DNA from: Mobula hypostoma
Lineage: Eukaryota
Assembly: GCF_963921235.1 (NCBI RefSeq)
Contig: NC_086108.1
Coordinates: forward strand, 46,378,001-46,442,000
DNA: 64,000 nucleotides
Direction of reading: 5' to 3'
Shown: positions 37,261 through 50,400 of the stretch, piece by piece
How the letters are laid out: the number at the start of each line of letters is the position of its first letter
Position numbering within the stretch: position 1 is the stretch's first letter
Notes under the pieces: model-generated
The model's input: the letters and a program-made list of their open reading frames with translations, nothing else
Databases searched by the model: none
Told to the model about the DNA's origin: nothing
Position numbers and translations under genes: made by a program

Positions 37261-38053
37261 GTAAGAGTTTTATCAAAAATTCCAAGGTTTATTCTTAAAT
37301 ATTGTTTGCCTACTGTTTTCTCTGTCACTTATGGAACCCAGACAGAAAGATGGATTTGAGCCAAGATGAGATCAGCCACGGAGTTATTAAATGATACAGA
37401 ACATTTGAGCGGTATTATAGCATCCTTGCGAGGGAATAGCCTGGCCCTTCTCACCAGTGAAAGAAAGAAACAATGAAATCATCAAAATGGTTTGAGGAAC
37501 TAGTTATTGCATTTTGCTGCTGACGGCGAACAGTCATTGAGACCACTCCTTAATTACCATCCCCTTTGCTCTAAAGGTGACTTCATGTTTTCAGTAGTGG
37601 CTGCAAAGACTGGAGAGATTTGCTTCAACTAAAGATTTTCATGACTTGAGGCAATGTATTTGCAAATCAGAGGACTGAGAACATGCTACAAACAAAATAC
37701 TTGGCTTTCACCAATTTCCATAGATTTAAGTAAAATGAGGGGGTTCATTATAGTCTTGTCAAATGTATCCAACTATTTGTTTGGCTAATTGGATCCACTA
37801 TGTCTAGCTAGAGACTTGGAATAGCTTGCCTTAGAGTACCAACTAGGAGTGAGGAAGATAGACTATTCTGTGCTGCCATTGTGTACAGCATCAGTGACAG
37901 AAGTCTGCAATCAGCTGACTCAGCTGTAATCTGCACAGCAGAATGGACTGTGATGCAGGATGGGAGGATGTAAATGACAACAAAATTAAATTATGTCAGC
38001 AATGATAGAGCAACAGCAAACATATCAATTGTGACATTCATTTTCTTTTACAG

Positions 38054-38081
38054 CAAAACAAGAGAAGAACCCACTTTCAAG
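38054..38081 (+). CDS. Selectin cytoplasmic exon ((A)KQEKNPLS(R))
   Basis: Acceptor ttttcttttacag and donor AG|gtaat. 28 nt, like the paralogous exon 377-404. Confidence 0.7.
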
Positions 38082-38834
38082 GTAATCTTTTGTTTTCAAT
38101 ACCAAGATGGTGATATTTTAGGAGTCTGTGTTGCTGGGAGATACGGTGCCCACAGGTAATTTAGAAACTAGGACATGTGCTGCCTATGATTTTTCAGCCA
38201 TCAGCAGCAGGACAATGCGGGCAGTCAACTCATGTGATATTCTTCCAAAAGACAAAGAGGTCATAATCCCATTACATTTCTTCAGTAAAAGGAAGGAAAG
38301 TGGAGGAAAAAACCTTCAATTCTCTTGTGAAAGATCAAGTAGCATTTCTGCCAGGCCTTTCGTGGCCATGGGATATCCAAAAATGTTATTTGGCAATTAA
38401 ATACTTCTCACATGTAGCCAAGTGTAGACAGCCAATTTGCTCATTTGAGGGTAAATTTTAGCCAGGACTTAGGGAAAACCCCCAAGTTATTCCTCAAAAT
38501 ATAATAAATCTTTAATCTCTGTCTGAGGATATGTATGATTTTGGATACCCAGAAGGTAGTATCATTCAGTACTGCATTCGAAAGTCTGCAGAGATTTTGT
38601 GCTCGCATCTACAAAAGAACTTCACCTACCCATGTGGCTAAAATGAAAAAGCTGCCACTGAGCCGCAGCTGGAAAGCTATCATCCATTCTCTAAATTATT
38701 GCAAATATTCCTTCTTGTTCATTGCAGGGCCTTTGCTTCAATAAAAGAATTGCAGCTGATGCGTGTCATCTATAATGCCTACATTACTCACTACAAAATG
38801 CTCATTCTCTGACCCAGTTTTGTGGCTGTATATA

Positions 38835-40125
38835 GAAACATAGAAAACGAACATGTCCTTACCTTAGAAATTACCTAGGGTTACCCATAGCCCTCTATTT
38901 TTCTAAGCTCCATGTACCTGTCCAGGAGTCTCTTAAAAGACCCTATCGTATCCACCTCCACCACCGCTGCTGGCAGCCCATTCCACACTCTCACCACTCT
39001 CTGCATAAAAGACTTAACACTGACATCTCCTCTGTACCTACTTCCAAGCACCTTAAAACTGTGCCCTTTCATGCTAGCCATTTCAGCCTTGGGAAAAAGC
39101 CTCTGATTATCCACACAATCAATGCCTCTCATCGTCTTTTACACTTCTATCAGGTCACCTCTCATCCTCCATCACTCCAAGGAAAAAAGGCCGAGTTCAC
39201 TCAACCTATTCTCATAAGGCATACTCCCAAAACAGGCAACATCCTTATATTTCTCCTCTGCACCCTATGGTTTCCACATTCTTCCTGTAGTGAGGTGACC
39301 AGAACTGAGCACAGCACAGTGGGGTCTGACCAGGGCCCTATATAGCTGCAACATTACCTCTCAGCTCTTAAACTCAACCCCATGATTGATGAAGGCCAAT
39401 GCATCGTATGCATTCTTAACCACAGAGTCAGCCTGTGCAGCAGCTTTGAGTGTCCTATGGACTCTGACCCCACGATCCTCTCATCCTCCACACTGCCAAG
39501 AGTCTTACCATTAATACTATATTCTGCCATCATATTTGACCTACCAAAATGAACCACCTCACACTTATCTGGGTTGAACTCCATCTGCCACTTCTCAGCC
39601 CAGATTTGCATCCTATCAATGTCCTGCAGTAACCTCTGACAGCCCTCTACACTTATCCACAACACCCCCAACCTTTGTGTCATCAGCAAATTTACTAACC
39701 CATCCCTCCACTTCCTCATCCAGGTCATTTATAAAAATCACAAAGAGTAGGGGTCCCAGAACAGATCCCTGAGGCACACCACTGGTGACCGACCTCCATG
39801 CAGAATATGACCCACCTACAACCACTCTTTGCCTTCTATGGGCAAGCCAATGTCCCCTTGGATCCCATGCCTCCTTACTTTCTCAATAAGCCTTGCATGG
39901 GGTACCTTGTCAAATGCCTTACTGAAATCCACATACACCACATCTACTGTTCTTCCTTCATCAATGTGTTTAGTCACATCCTCAAAAAATTCAATCAGGC
40001 TCGTAAGGCACGAACTGCCTTTGACAAAGCCGTGCTGACTATTCCTAATCATATTATGCCTCTCCAAATGTTCATAAATCCTGCCTCTCAGGATCTTCTT
40101 CATCAGCTTACCAACCACTGAAGTA
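38835..40125 (-). mobile_element. CR1 LINE RT fragment
   Basis: [33 protein letters not shown] and KFADDTK motifs, frameshifted. Confidence 0.92.
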
Positions 40126-41081
40126 ACACTCGCATGCCTGATAAGAATATGTGAAAAAGTGTTTGCAAATTTCATGACAGTCTCAGTTAAATGCATTTGG
40201 GGTCCCTGAATTATAAATAGAAGAATAAACTATAAGAAGAAGCAAATAGTTTTACAAACTTTTATAGAACACACGTTTGGCTACAAATGGAGTATTATAT
40301 CCAGTTCCAGGCCTAAACTTTTGGAATGATATGAGGCTTCAGATAGGGTGGATTACAGAGAGTTTGTAAGAGATTCCAGGGATGAGAGATTATAAGTTAT
40401 TTGTTTAAAATAGAAAATCTGGAGGTGTATGGGGTTCGAATGGGGTAATGAAAGAAATTGGAGAAAATGTGCCTATTGGCAGAAAGCTTTAAAAAACAAG
40501 GAATGTAGGATGAGGGTGATTGGAAAAACAACCTGAAGGCAAGTTTTTTTATGGATTGAACAGTTAGGATTTGGAACACAGAGTGCCACTGGCAGCTTCC
40601 ATTGTAACATTCAAAAGCTAGGTGATAAGGTATCTGAAATAATTTACAGGGCTACAAGAAGATGGATGTGGGATTAGCAGGATTGCTCTTGAATGGAGTT
40701 GAAGGATGGAATGGCCTCCTCTCCCATTTTGTGATTCTATTCAGTGAATCATCCTTTTTGCATCCTGGTTTGCTATATACTGTATACAGTTATTCTAAAC
40801 TGAGATTTGCTCTTTAGACCGCTTGATGTCAACAATCAGCATTGGAATAGGAAATAACTATTTCGCAGGGACTTTCCCACTTTTGAGGGCAGTTTTTATT
40901 GTGATCAGAAACATGTTATTGCTATCATTGACCTGAAAATACAAAGTAACACATAATATAGGTAGGAGTCATTTTAAAACAAAGAAACAGTGTTATATGT
41001 AAATCCTTTTGGTGTATGTCAACTCTTGCATATTCATTACAAGCATATGCTCAACTTCAAATATTTCACTTTTATGTACAG

Positions 41082-41115
41082 AAATGAAGACAATTTGGAA
41101 AGAACTACAGTTTAA
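41082..41115 (+). CDS. Selectin last coding exon (NEDNLERTTV*)
   Basis: Acceptor tttcacttttatgtacag in phase 2. TAA at 41113-41115, followed by an AT-rich UTR with AATAAA at about 41459. Confidence 0.55.
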
Positions 41116-42449
41116 TTGTGGGATGCTTTAGATTGCTGAATTACCTTTGAGTGTATAATGAAAAAATCAGTAGCATCAATGACTTCTGAAAACTGATAAG
41201 ACACAAAGAGTGTTTCATGAGACCTCACATCGCATTGAAACTGTATGGAAGTAGACTCAACATGATACCAAAAATTGACAATGATTTAAGCTTGGAAGTC
41301 CAAGACAGTTTTTTGAAGACTAGTACCAATCCTGAAAACAAACAATGAATCCCATCCATCATTAAATTAACTCTAATGAGACGGTGGAAATCTTCAGTAA
41401 GAAATTCTATAAGATTGCTCCAGAACCTTCATGCCTACTGCCAATGTGCCTTGATAAAAATAAAAATTTTAAAATGCATATAACGAAAGAAGGAAGCAAC
41501 CAAATTACTTCTCAATAATATCATTGATCCAAAGCTACTGTACCTTTTAAAATTGTATAATTTAAATTTTGTGTTAATTAGAGACTCACAAGGGAATAAT
41601 TGTGGGGTTTATGAATACTTCACTCTTTCATGAGGCAAATGATTTATAAGAACCCAACTCTAGTTCGGCAGAAGAACAACAAAGGATACTTTCTAGATAG
41701 GGGGTTTGAAACATATTGTTGCATTTCAGCACTTAAACATAAATACATTGAGATCATACCCTGCATCCCAGGGACAGCATGTTCAGTAAGTTATTCCTCC
41801 AGCACCAAGTATTGTTCACATTCAGTAATAATTGATTCATATGAAGATAGTACATGTAAGAACAACAAAATGTTGCATTACATGATCTGTTCTGGCAAAC
41901 AGCTCAAAAACACATGATTAAGAATATAGTACTGTGTTATATTTTGATGGTTCTTCTATTAGAAAACATGTTATCAATGTTATAGCAGAGATTGGTCTAA
42001 GTTACATTTTTATATTGGATATGGCATATCACAGAATAGTACTAACACAAATTTCAGGCGTTTGAGATTGTGCCAGCTGGTAATATAATAGTCACAGTAA
42101 AACTTAGCCCAGTTTGAGTTTTAATGCAGCTCATATATGCAATGTCAAGACACCACCAGCTATCTGTTAATGCTGGGAAAGTGAGATGTTGTAAGAACAA
42201 AAAGGGAGTAAATACCGAAACAGAAATTCACCAACAGAAAACCAGAGTTTAGAGTCACTCATTTTACATCATATACACTAGTAACATTTGATGTGTTGAA
42301 GCACTGAAAAATATATCACAATAGTTAAAATATAATAAAAATTAAACAATAGCAAGAATGAACAGAACAGAAAACTGTAATAGCTCATTTGAGAATCCCT
42401 AAAAATATAAAAAAATATTAATAACTCCTAAAAGGTTTCCTCTAGCAAT

Positions 42450-44250
42450 TGGCACGTGGGAGGAAGCCTCCATCTATACCTCTTATAATTCTATAAACCT
42501 CTATAACAAATCCCCTCAGTTTTCTATGCTCCATAGAAAACAATCCAATTTTGTTCAACCTTTCCTAAGAGCTAATACTATTCAATTCTGGCAATATCTC
42601 CTCTTTACACTCTCCAAAACCTCCTCATCCTTCCTGTAATGGGGAAGACTAAAACTGCACACAATACTTGAAATGTGGCCTAACCCAAGTTTAATTCAGA
42701 CTTATACTCAAAGCCCTGGCTGATGAAAGCAATAACGCCATACAGCACCTTTACCATACTACCTACTTGTGAGTTGGTGATCTTGCAGCAGCCATTAATG
42801 TTTGTCTCAGTGTGTGTCCCTGGGAAGAGCGTGTGGAACACAGAGGTTCAGTGGAAGAGACATTGTGGTGACACCCTTGTCGTAAAACCATCAGTTGTGG
42901 AATAAGAGTGGGTAATGTTGGTGCTTTGAGGGGAGGCGTTGAGGAGCTCGAACATTTTGATCCACTTGGGATTTGGCACACTTAGGGATACTTAAGGATG
43001 CCATTAAATCGCGAGTTTGCAAAAGAAAATTATGAGAATGGTACTGAGATGACAGAGCTTGAGTTTTAAGGAAAGGCTGGATGGCTGGGACTTTTTCCCC
43101 TGGAAAAAGGTGTCTAAGGGGTGACTTGATAGACCTTTCTAAAACCCTGCTAAAATGGACATAGAGAAGATGACTAGTGGACTACTGGTGGCGAGTCCAA
43201 AACTAGAAGACATAGGTTAAAGTGATTTAAGAAGGACTTGAGGGGCAAGTTTTCACACAGGCGATTTGCAGTATATAGAATGTAGGTGGTAGGGGCGGAT
43301 ACAATGGCAACATTTAAAAGATATTTGGACAGGTATCTGGATAGGGATGGTTTAGAAGGATAAGGGCCAAGTGCAAGCAAAAGAGACCAGCTCAGTGTAA
43401 CTTGGTTGGCATGGATGAGTTGGGCCAAAACGCCTGCTTCTGCACTGCATAACCCTTTGACCTTGAGGTTCTTTGACATACCCTCCTGAGAAACACATAA
43501 TCAGCAAAGGCGGAAGTAGTATAAAATGCCTGTTCCCAAATAAAAGCTGCATCCATCCCAATCCAAACAGAATAATAAAATGCCCATCACAATACTGAAT
43601 ACTATGGGACAAATGGATCACCTTGGTTAACTCCTCTTATGATAGGGATGGGTCCAATCTTGGTCCTGCTATTTTCAATAAAAATAAACAGATTCGTACA
43701 TAGGTCTGAAAAGAGATGGACAAACTAGACATCAATCCCCATCCTACCTGAAGCTTTGAGAATTACTGATGGCTATTGTATTAATAAAAGCAATTGCTAA
43801 GTCAAATGTTCCTAAGAATGCAATGTTAAAGCTTTATAAGACATTGATCAAACCACCCTGGAGTATTTTGGGTCCCTTATCTAAGGACGTACTGGCATCG
43901 GAGAAGGTCCAGAGGAGTTTCATAAGAAGAACCTCAGGAATGAAAGGGTTAATGTACGAGGAATGTTTGATGGCTCTGGCCTGTACTCCTTGGAGTTTAG
44001 AAGAATGAGGGATCTCATTGAGACCTATTGAGTATTGAAACACCTAGAAAGACTGGACATAGGGAGGATGTTTCCTATAGTGGGGGAGTCTAGGACCAGG
44101 GGGCACAGCCTCAGAATACAAGGATGTCTCTTTAGAACAGAAATGAGGAATTTCTTTAGCCAGAGGGTAGTGAAGCTGTGGAATTCATTGCCACATGCAG
44201 CTGTGTAGGCCAAATCATCAGATATATTTAAAGCAGAGATTGATAGGTCC
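42450..44250. mobile_element. Cluster of degraded CR1 3' fragments (about 42450-42770 -, 43020-43460 +, 43820-44250 +)
   Basis: LYKTLIKP, EKVQRSF, SRTRGHSLRI-type motifs and CR1 tails. Confidence 0.7.
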
Positions 44251-47200
44251 TTGTCTTATGGTCTAAATCCTTATGAATCATATTGGTCTCTGTTATTGTT
44301 ATTAAAATGGGATTACTATTATAACTGGGAATGGCCATCTACACATCCTTTTTGCCCTAAATTGAGGGTGATCGCTTGGCCAATTGTTTGCCACAATTCT
44401 CAACAATACAGGATGAAAATATAGTAGTGATGGGTTATCAATTACTAACCTTTTTAAATTAAATTGGATCATCTGACTTGGAATGAGGACCATGAGGCTG
44501 TTTTAAATATTGGATAGACTTGAGCTGCATCTAACCTAACAGTATACATATTGGTTAACACAATGATGTCCATTTTGCAAACCTTGCTCAGAGGACACTG
44601 ATTGGGCCAGCAGCAGCATTCTTCTTAAAAATATAAATAGTATTTAAAACCTTGGATGTGGTAAAATCCTTTATAAGGATTTAAATATCTGCTTTGTTAT
44701 TGAATACAGCAAAATAAGATTTAAAATGCTCCTCCAGGCTTTCTATACTAATGGGATTATCCACCTCAGATAAAACATTCATTAGCTGCCTTACTAAACC
44801 TTTCCTAACCTTCTTGTACAAAGTTTGAAACTGCCGTATCTTATCTTAGCAAACAAATTGCTAGGAAATGTGTTTCCTCAAAGTATCACCAAGGAAAATC
44901 CAGTCAGTTTCACATCACCACTCTGATTCTACAGGCCTGCAACTACTTACACATAATTAAGGAAAACTACTCAATTAATTACATTGTTTAACAACTAATA
45001 TTTTGTGCTTTTTTTCCTTTTACCCAATCATCTTACACCAATGCATCTTTGTACTAAATTTTCAAACAACGGAAACAAATCCTCTTCTAAACCCATCATG
45101 ATTTTGGGTATCAAGTATCCTTAGTTTTTACTGAACCCAGTATTTTCCTGGTATCTATAGCTCCTTAGCCCTGACACCATTCAACTGAAGCTATTCTATA
45201 CAATTTCTAAAGTCATTTTACCCTTCTTAATAGCTGAACCACAATTTGAGACGATCATCCAGCTGATACTGAGCTGTGATAAATTTAGGTAACCACTGCT
45301 CCCAGGTTTTTGTACTGTTTCCCTCTTTACAAAGTGGAATCCTAGCTCCTTTGTTAACTAACTTCTAATATCTCTAAACTCCCTCTTCGTACCACGTTTA
45401 ACATGCTGGCATTTACCTTATGTTGTTTCTCTGCATTCCTCCTGCCAAAATTTAACACTGGTATTTTCCTTTATCAGCAAGTGCCTCTAGCCTGTCTGAA
45501 GGTCAATTCCCTTCAATTTTATGCCAACTTCAAATCTCAAAATCCTGTTTTCATCCACTCCATCACTGTTCTCTATTGTCCACCAGTCCAAAAGATCATT
45601 CCCTCTACGGTTTCCCCCGATATTTTAAGTCCTTCCTGTTTCTGCATATCAGATGAAAATTCATCACCACAGTATGTGTAAATGCATCAAATAGTCTGAT
45701 TAGATGAATATTGTCAGAGTATTCTATCAACAACATTCAATGGTGGATAAGTTTCCTTACCAGTGTAATTTCTTGAAATACTGTATTTATTAATTTATCA
45801 TTAAGTACCAACTTAATTATTCAACACTATTCCTATTTTATGTTTTTATTCGTATCAGTAAAAGGAATTATATTTTATGTTGGTGTATTTTTTTTTAGCT
45901 TTTTCAGTAAGTAAAATAGGAACATACCATGGGATGCTGGTGGTTGTTAACATCTTGGGAATGATCTGGATGTATTCCTCATAATATATGTCAGTTAAAT
46001 TGTATACCATGACCTCGTGTTGTATTGAGCAAACATTATTCAAATAATTCATAAAGCTTCTTGTGTTTACATATATATGCTAACTATAATTTTTATTCTA
46101 AAAATAAATCAGATTTAAACAAGCATTCATTATATAGTGTAGAACAATCTATGAAATATTTGAAATGTAATGGAAAACATACAATATAAAGCCTTTTTTA
46201 GTCAACATAATCCAAATTTCAACAAGCCATGCTGCTAAAATCCATTTTTACACATTTTTACAGCCTACAAGACTTTACTTGTGTAATTGCATGTTACAAA
46301 TATAAATACTAAATATGTGGCTTTAGTTAATTGCTTCAACATGTAATCTAACATTTAAGAAATTATTTTCATTGTCATTATTTATACTCTGAATTAGTAT
46401 GTCCTGACGAATAGAATTGTATACTGTAAAATTAAAATGTCAATGTTTTGTTGTAACTCTCTACCCATTAAAACTTTTAACACAATTTATATTTAATTTT
46501 GTGACATAACTTATTTATTGAAAATGTACCTCTCACCAACTAAACGTCAAACCAATTTGGTATCAGGTGCTGGCTCTGGATCAGTAACAGCACTCTACTC
46601 TGGGTCACGAGGTGGCAGTCGAAGTATACAATCCTGGCCATGGAGTGCCATCTAGTGGATATGTTGTTAAAATAGATGGGATGAAGAAAGATTACTGTAT
46701 TTTATTTCTTTAAATTTCCAATGTAACTTCTGAGTGAGATGCTGCATTTGTGAAGTTAAAGGTTTCTGTTAATAGTATAATATCCTTTAAACAAAACAGC
46801 GTCTCCTATTGATTCTGGAGTGGATAGTGGGTATGAAAATGGACTTTACATCCTGAAATGGAAGTGAGGTTTTGCAGGAGCTGGGCAACATTTAGTTCTT
46901 TGGAAGATCCTGATTACTTCATGATAGGGGCAGCCTCACCGTATTTTTTTTTAAATTTTTGTTCTTTGCGTTGATTTTAATCTTTGGTCATGCAAACCTA
47001 TCCATATGAAAGTTATCAAGAGCTAGATGAAACCATTGGACTTTCAGGGATATTTCAATTGTTCTTGGTGCATTAAATAAAATGGCTTGCAGTACAATAG
47101 CAGATATTTAGATATATTTGCAAGGAATATGATAACCACCTTAAGTTATTGCGGCATTCCTCAGGTTCTGCAGCTTAGATTCAGATGGAACAAGGATAAA

Positions 47201-47251
47201 ATTTTCCTCCATTCAGTGAGTTTTTCAGATACAATCCACTGGATGTACTAT

Positions 47252-47413
47252 TCAACTATTCACATTTTCCACACTCATGAGATTTAAATGTTTCATTTCA
47301 TCAACTCGATTCTTGTGAATCTGGAAAGCAGGAGTCACCCAACGTCCACAGGAACACTGATCACCGTACCAGTTGAAAGATCCCAGCTTGCAGTTGCATT
47401 TTGGGCAGAGCAA
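47252..47413 (-). CDS. DUSP12: DUSP12 exon 6
   Basis: LLCPKCNCKLGSFNWYGDQCSCGRWVTPAFQIHKNRVDEMKHLNLMSVENVNS*. Confidence 0.95.
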   Translation of the reverse strand: MLCPKCNCKLGSFNWYGDQCSCGRWVTPAFQIHKNRVDEMKHLNLMSVENVNS

Positions 47414-50400
47414 CTGAAAAACAGCAAAATTTTAAAAAGAAATTAAATCAATAATATACATTTTATCTTCCATTTAATTGACAAGAGACAATATGCCATA
47501 GGCAGGATTCAGCCATTGGGAAACATTTCCTATTGTTTACATAGAAAGGATGAATGGATTTCTATTGTAGGACCATCTTTGTCATTAGTACAGTAGCCCA
47601 ATGTAAAATAGTTTACCTATTCAATTTGATATTATGTACTTACCTTCAGAACTATTTTAAACTGGTTTCGGTGGTCGTTTAGGCTATTTTTCTATTCTAG
47701 ACTCTCGCATACTAGAACAATCCTTCTAAAAGGACCCACTTTTAAAATTTCAACTCTTCCCTTCTGAATCTTCTCCTCCACTGCTTCACATACTTCATGT
47801 TTATGCTGACAGAGCAAACAATTTAGCAACAGAATTTGGGCAGCGCCAGCAACCACCGATTAGACCTCAATTCCCTCCACTCCTGCAAAGAGCCTATACA
47901 TTTTCTCCTTGACATTTGCTTTTCTTCTGGGTGCTGCAGTTCCTTTCACATTCCAAAGGCCAACAGTTTGGATTAGTAAATTGTGGGCATCCCAGCAAAA
48001 TCCTCATTGATTGATTTGATGCAAATGTCGCACTTCTCTGTATTTTTTGATGTTTCTATGTACGTGTGCCAAATAAATCTTTCAATTTTGCCAGTGGGGA
48101 CAATGTCTTAGAAATTATATTCAACAAAAACTGGTTTTATACAGATCATTACAATCAAAAATATTCCAGGTACTTCAATGAAACTTTGATTTTTGTTGTT
48201 TACTCATCCAAGCAATACTGCAGTGACACCAGAGAAGTGTTTAATTCTATTAGCCTTCCCTCAAAGTTAAAGAGTAGAAAAATGTCAATATGAAGCACTC
48301 TCTTAACTTTCTGACACTTGAATAAGGGATTCTTACAGGAATTGCATCGGAATGGGTGGACTATCTGTTGGTTAAGGCAAGTATGGAAACAATTTAAGAC
48401 TGCACATTCATGTTAACTGGGTATCTGCTTGAAGAAATGGTCAATAGGAGCTGGGGAAGGGCTGTGAAATCTGTTAGCCATGTCTCTCTCCACTTTATCA
48501 GCAAAAGGGACTGACAATGGCAAGTACAGTAAAATGGGATGACAAATAGTTATACAGGGTCGTGGGTACTGATAAATCTAAGTTGTTGAGTACTCTGACC
48601 ACAAACTTGCTGATGCAACTTTGTGTAGTATCTTTGTGCTATTACGCTTGGAAAGTGTGAATATCAAAGGAGGAGTGGGGAGGGGGAAGAGCATTCTGTT
48701 AACTTGGGCACCAACCAGTTAGCGTGGGGTGATTAGGTGCAGGTTTGGTACAATATTGTGCCGGTGAAATGCAGCAGAAGTAAATAACCAGACTCTCTGG
48801 TCTTTGTTCCTCACATGGTTGCAGGCGGTTAATCAATAAAGCTAATTCCCATTTCAATGTTTACTGACAGTTTTTGCTAAGTGTTCACAAAATGTTAAGG
48901 AACACTCAAGAATGACAGGGTTTGAGTTCTGCCACGGCCTCTGACCAGAATGACATTAAGTTATTTTGTTGTGGCAGCAGATTTCTTGAAGCTTTTTGGT
49001 GGAAGTTTGCATGTGAGAGGTAACAGTGGTCAGTCAAGACGACATGTTATCTTCCTGTTCAAAAATAACCTTACTGAAAGCTGAAGGTAATTCAGCTCTT
49101 AGTAATAAATTCAGGTAAATAAATACTGAAGCATAATAGCATAAACATACTGTTGTGGTGACCCACTTTCTACACAAGCAAACCGGCTCACAAAATAGCC
49201 CACTCACGGGGAGAGACCTTTGTAATGCACCTCTGACGTCATTTCCGCCCGGAGAGAGCTGGAAGGGAACTGCTTAAAAGCCAGTGCCGTAGTCTCGAGT
49301 GCTACATACAGACTGCATGTCGTTATTTCTAGCTCTGTGTGTAACACATCGCTACACTGTCATTTGATTCCCACTACCAGCAGACTATTTTAGATATTTT
49401 AATACCCACAAAAATAGACTTAACAAACATACTTATCTATTACATCCCTTACTTAGTTCAAGCGACTACCTAATTAGTTTTACTTACCTACATTAACCTG
49501 GCCTTCATGATGAAAAACATTTTTAAATGGTTAAATGTTGATATTTCACAGAGGAATATTCTTCATTTATCCACTTTGATTTTACTTTTTTGCATCAAGA
49601 GTCACAATGAAGTTATTTGATCAATGCAATCCTGTTACAGACATCCCACCCTGCAAAAACTCATTTCAGGGAGGTAGCACCATCAATTTGCGAGAGACTT
49701 CTGGGAGAGGTGTGATGTCTGCAATAGAGTAGCTCCTTAGCAGTTAGCCAGCTAGTTTAAATAACGTTAGCTATGCTAATGAATGAATGACACCTGTTAA
49801 ACTCACCTCAACATGTCTTTTACAGACTTAACCCACCATGGGCAATAGAAAAGTCGCTGTTGCAAACAGTGCAGTGAGCAGCACTGTCATTATTTTGACC
49901 CCTATTAGGCAGGGGTACACTTTAGTGTAGTCTGGGGTGACGTACGTTTTATTTTTTTTTGGAACACTCTGCCACTCTGACTTTTTTTAGAACTCTCTCG
50001 CACTTGCTCTCGCACTCTCTCTCTATCGCGCGCGCTCTCTCGCTCGTGGTCGCTCTCACTCGTGCTTGCTTTCTCTTTCTTGCTCTCGCTCTCTCTCTTG
50101 CTCTCATTCTTGTTCTCTCTCTCTCGCGCTTGCTTTCTCACTCTCTTGCACTTTCTCTCTTGCTCTTGCTTTCTCGCTCTCTCTCTCGCGCTTTCTCTCT
50201 TGCTCTTGCTTTCTCGCTCTCGCGCACACTCTCTCGCTCTCATGGTCGCTCTCACTCGTGCTCGCTCTCTCGCGCTTGCTTTCTTGCTCTTGCTCTCTCT
50301 CACGCATTCTCTCACGCTCGCTCTCAAAAAAATCAATTTCTGGGAAATTGTATATAATTTGCGGGCATCAGGGAGCCACTATTAATTTGCGGGAGACTCC

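Larger units (their letters stand above)
26116..41115 (+). pseudogene. Selectin gene (lectin-EGF-2 sushi + 1 decayed sushi-TM-cytoplasmic; L/P-selectin-like) with a premature TGA in the lectin exon; probable pseudogene or null allele
   Basis: Ten candidate exons with GT-AG sites and consistent phases: 26116-26118, 26959-27049, 29056-29436, 33742-33849, 34579-34764, 34875-35060, (35166-35351), 37141-37260, 38054-38081, 41082-41115. In-frame TGA at 29367-29369. Confidence 0.75.

Noticed and set aside
44800..46052. Short AT-rich ORFs between selectin and DUSP12
   Set aside because: No recognisable domain or splice structure. Part of the region looks like very old CR1 and part like DUSP12 3'UTR.
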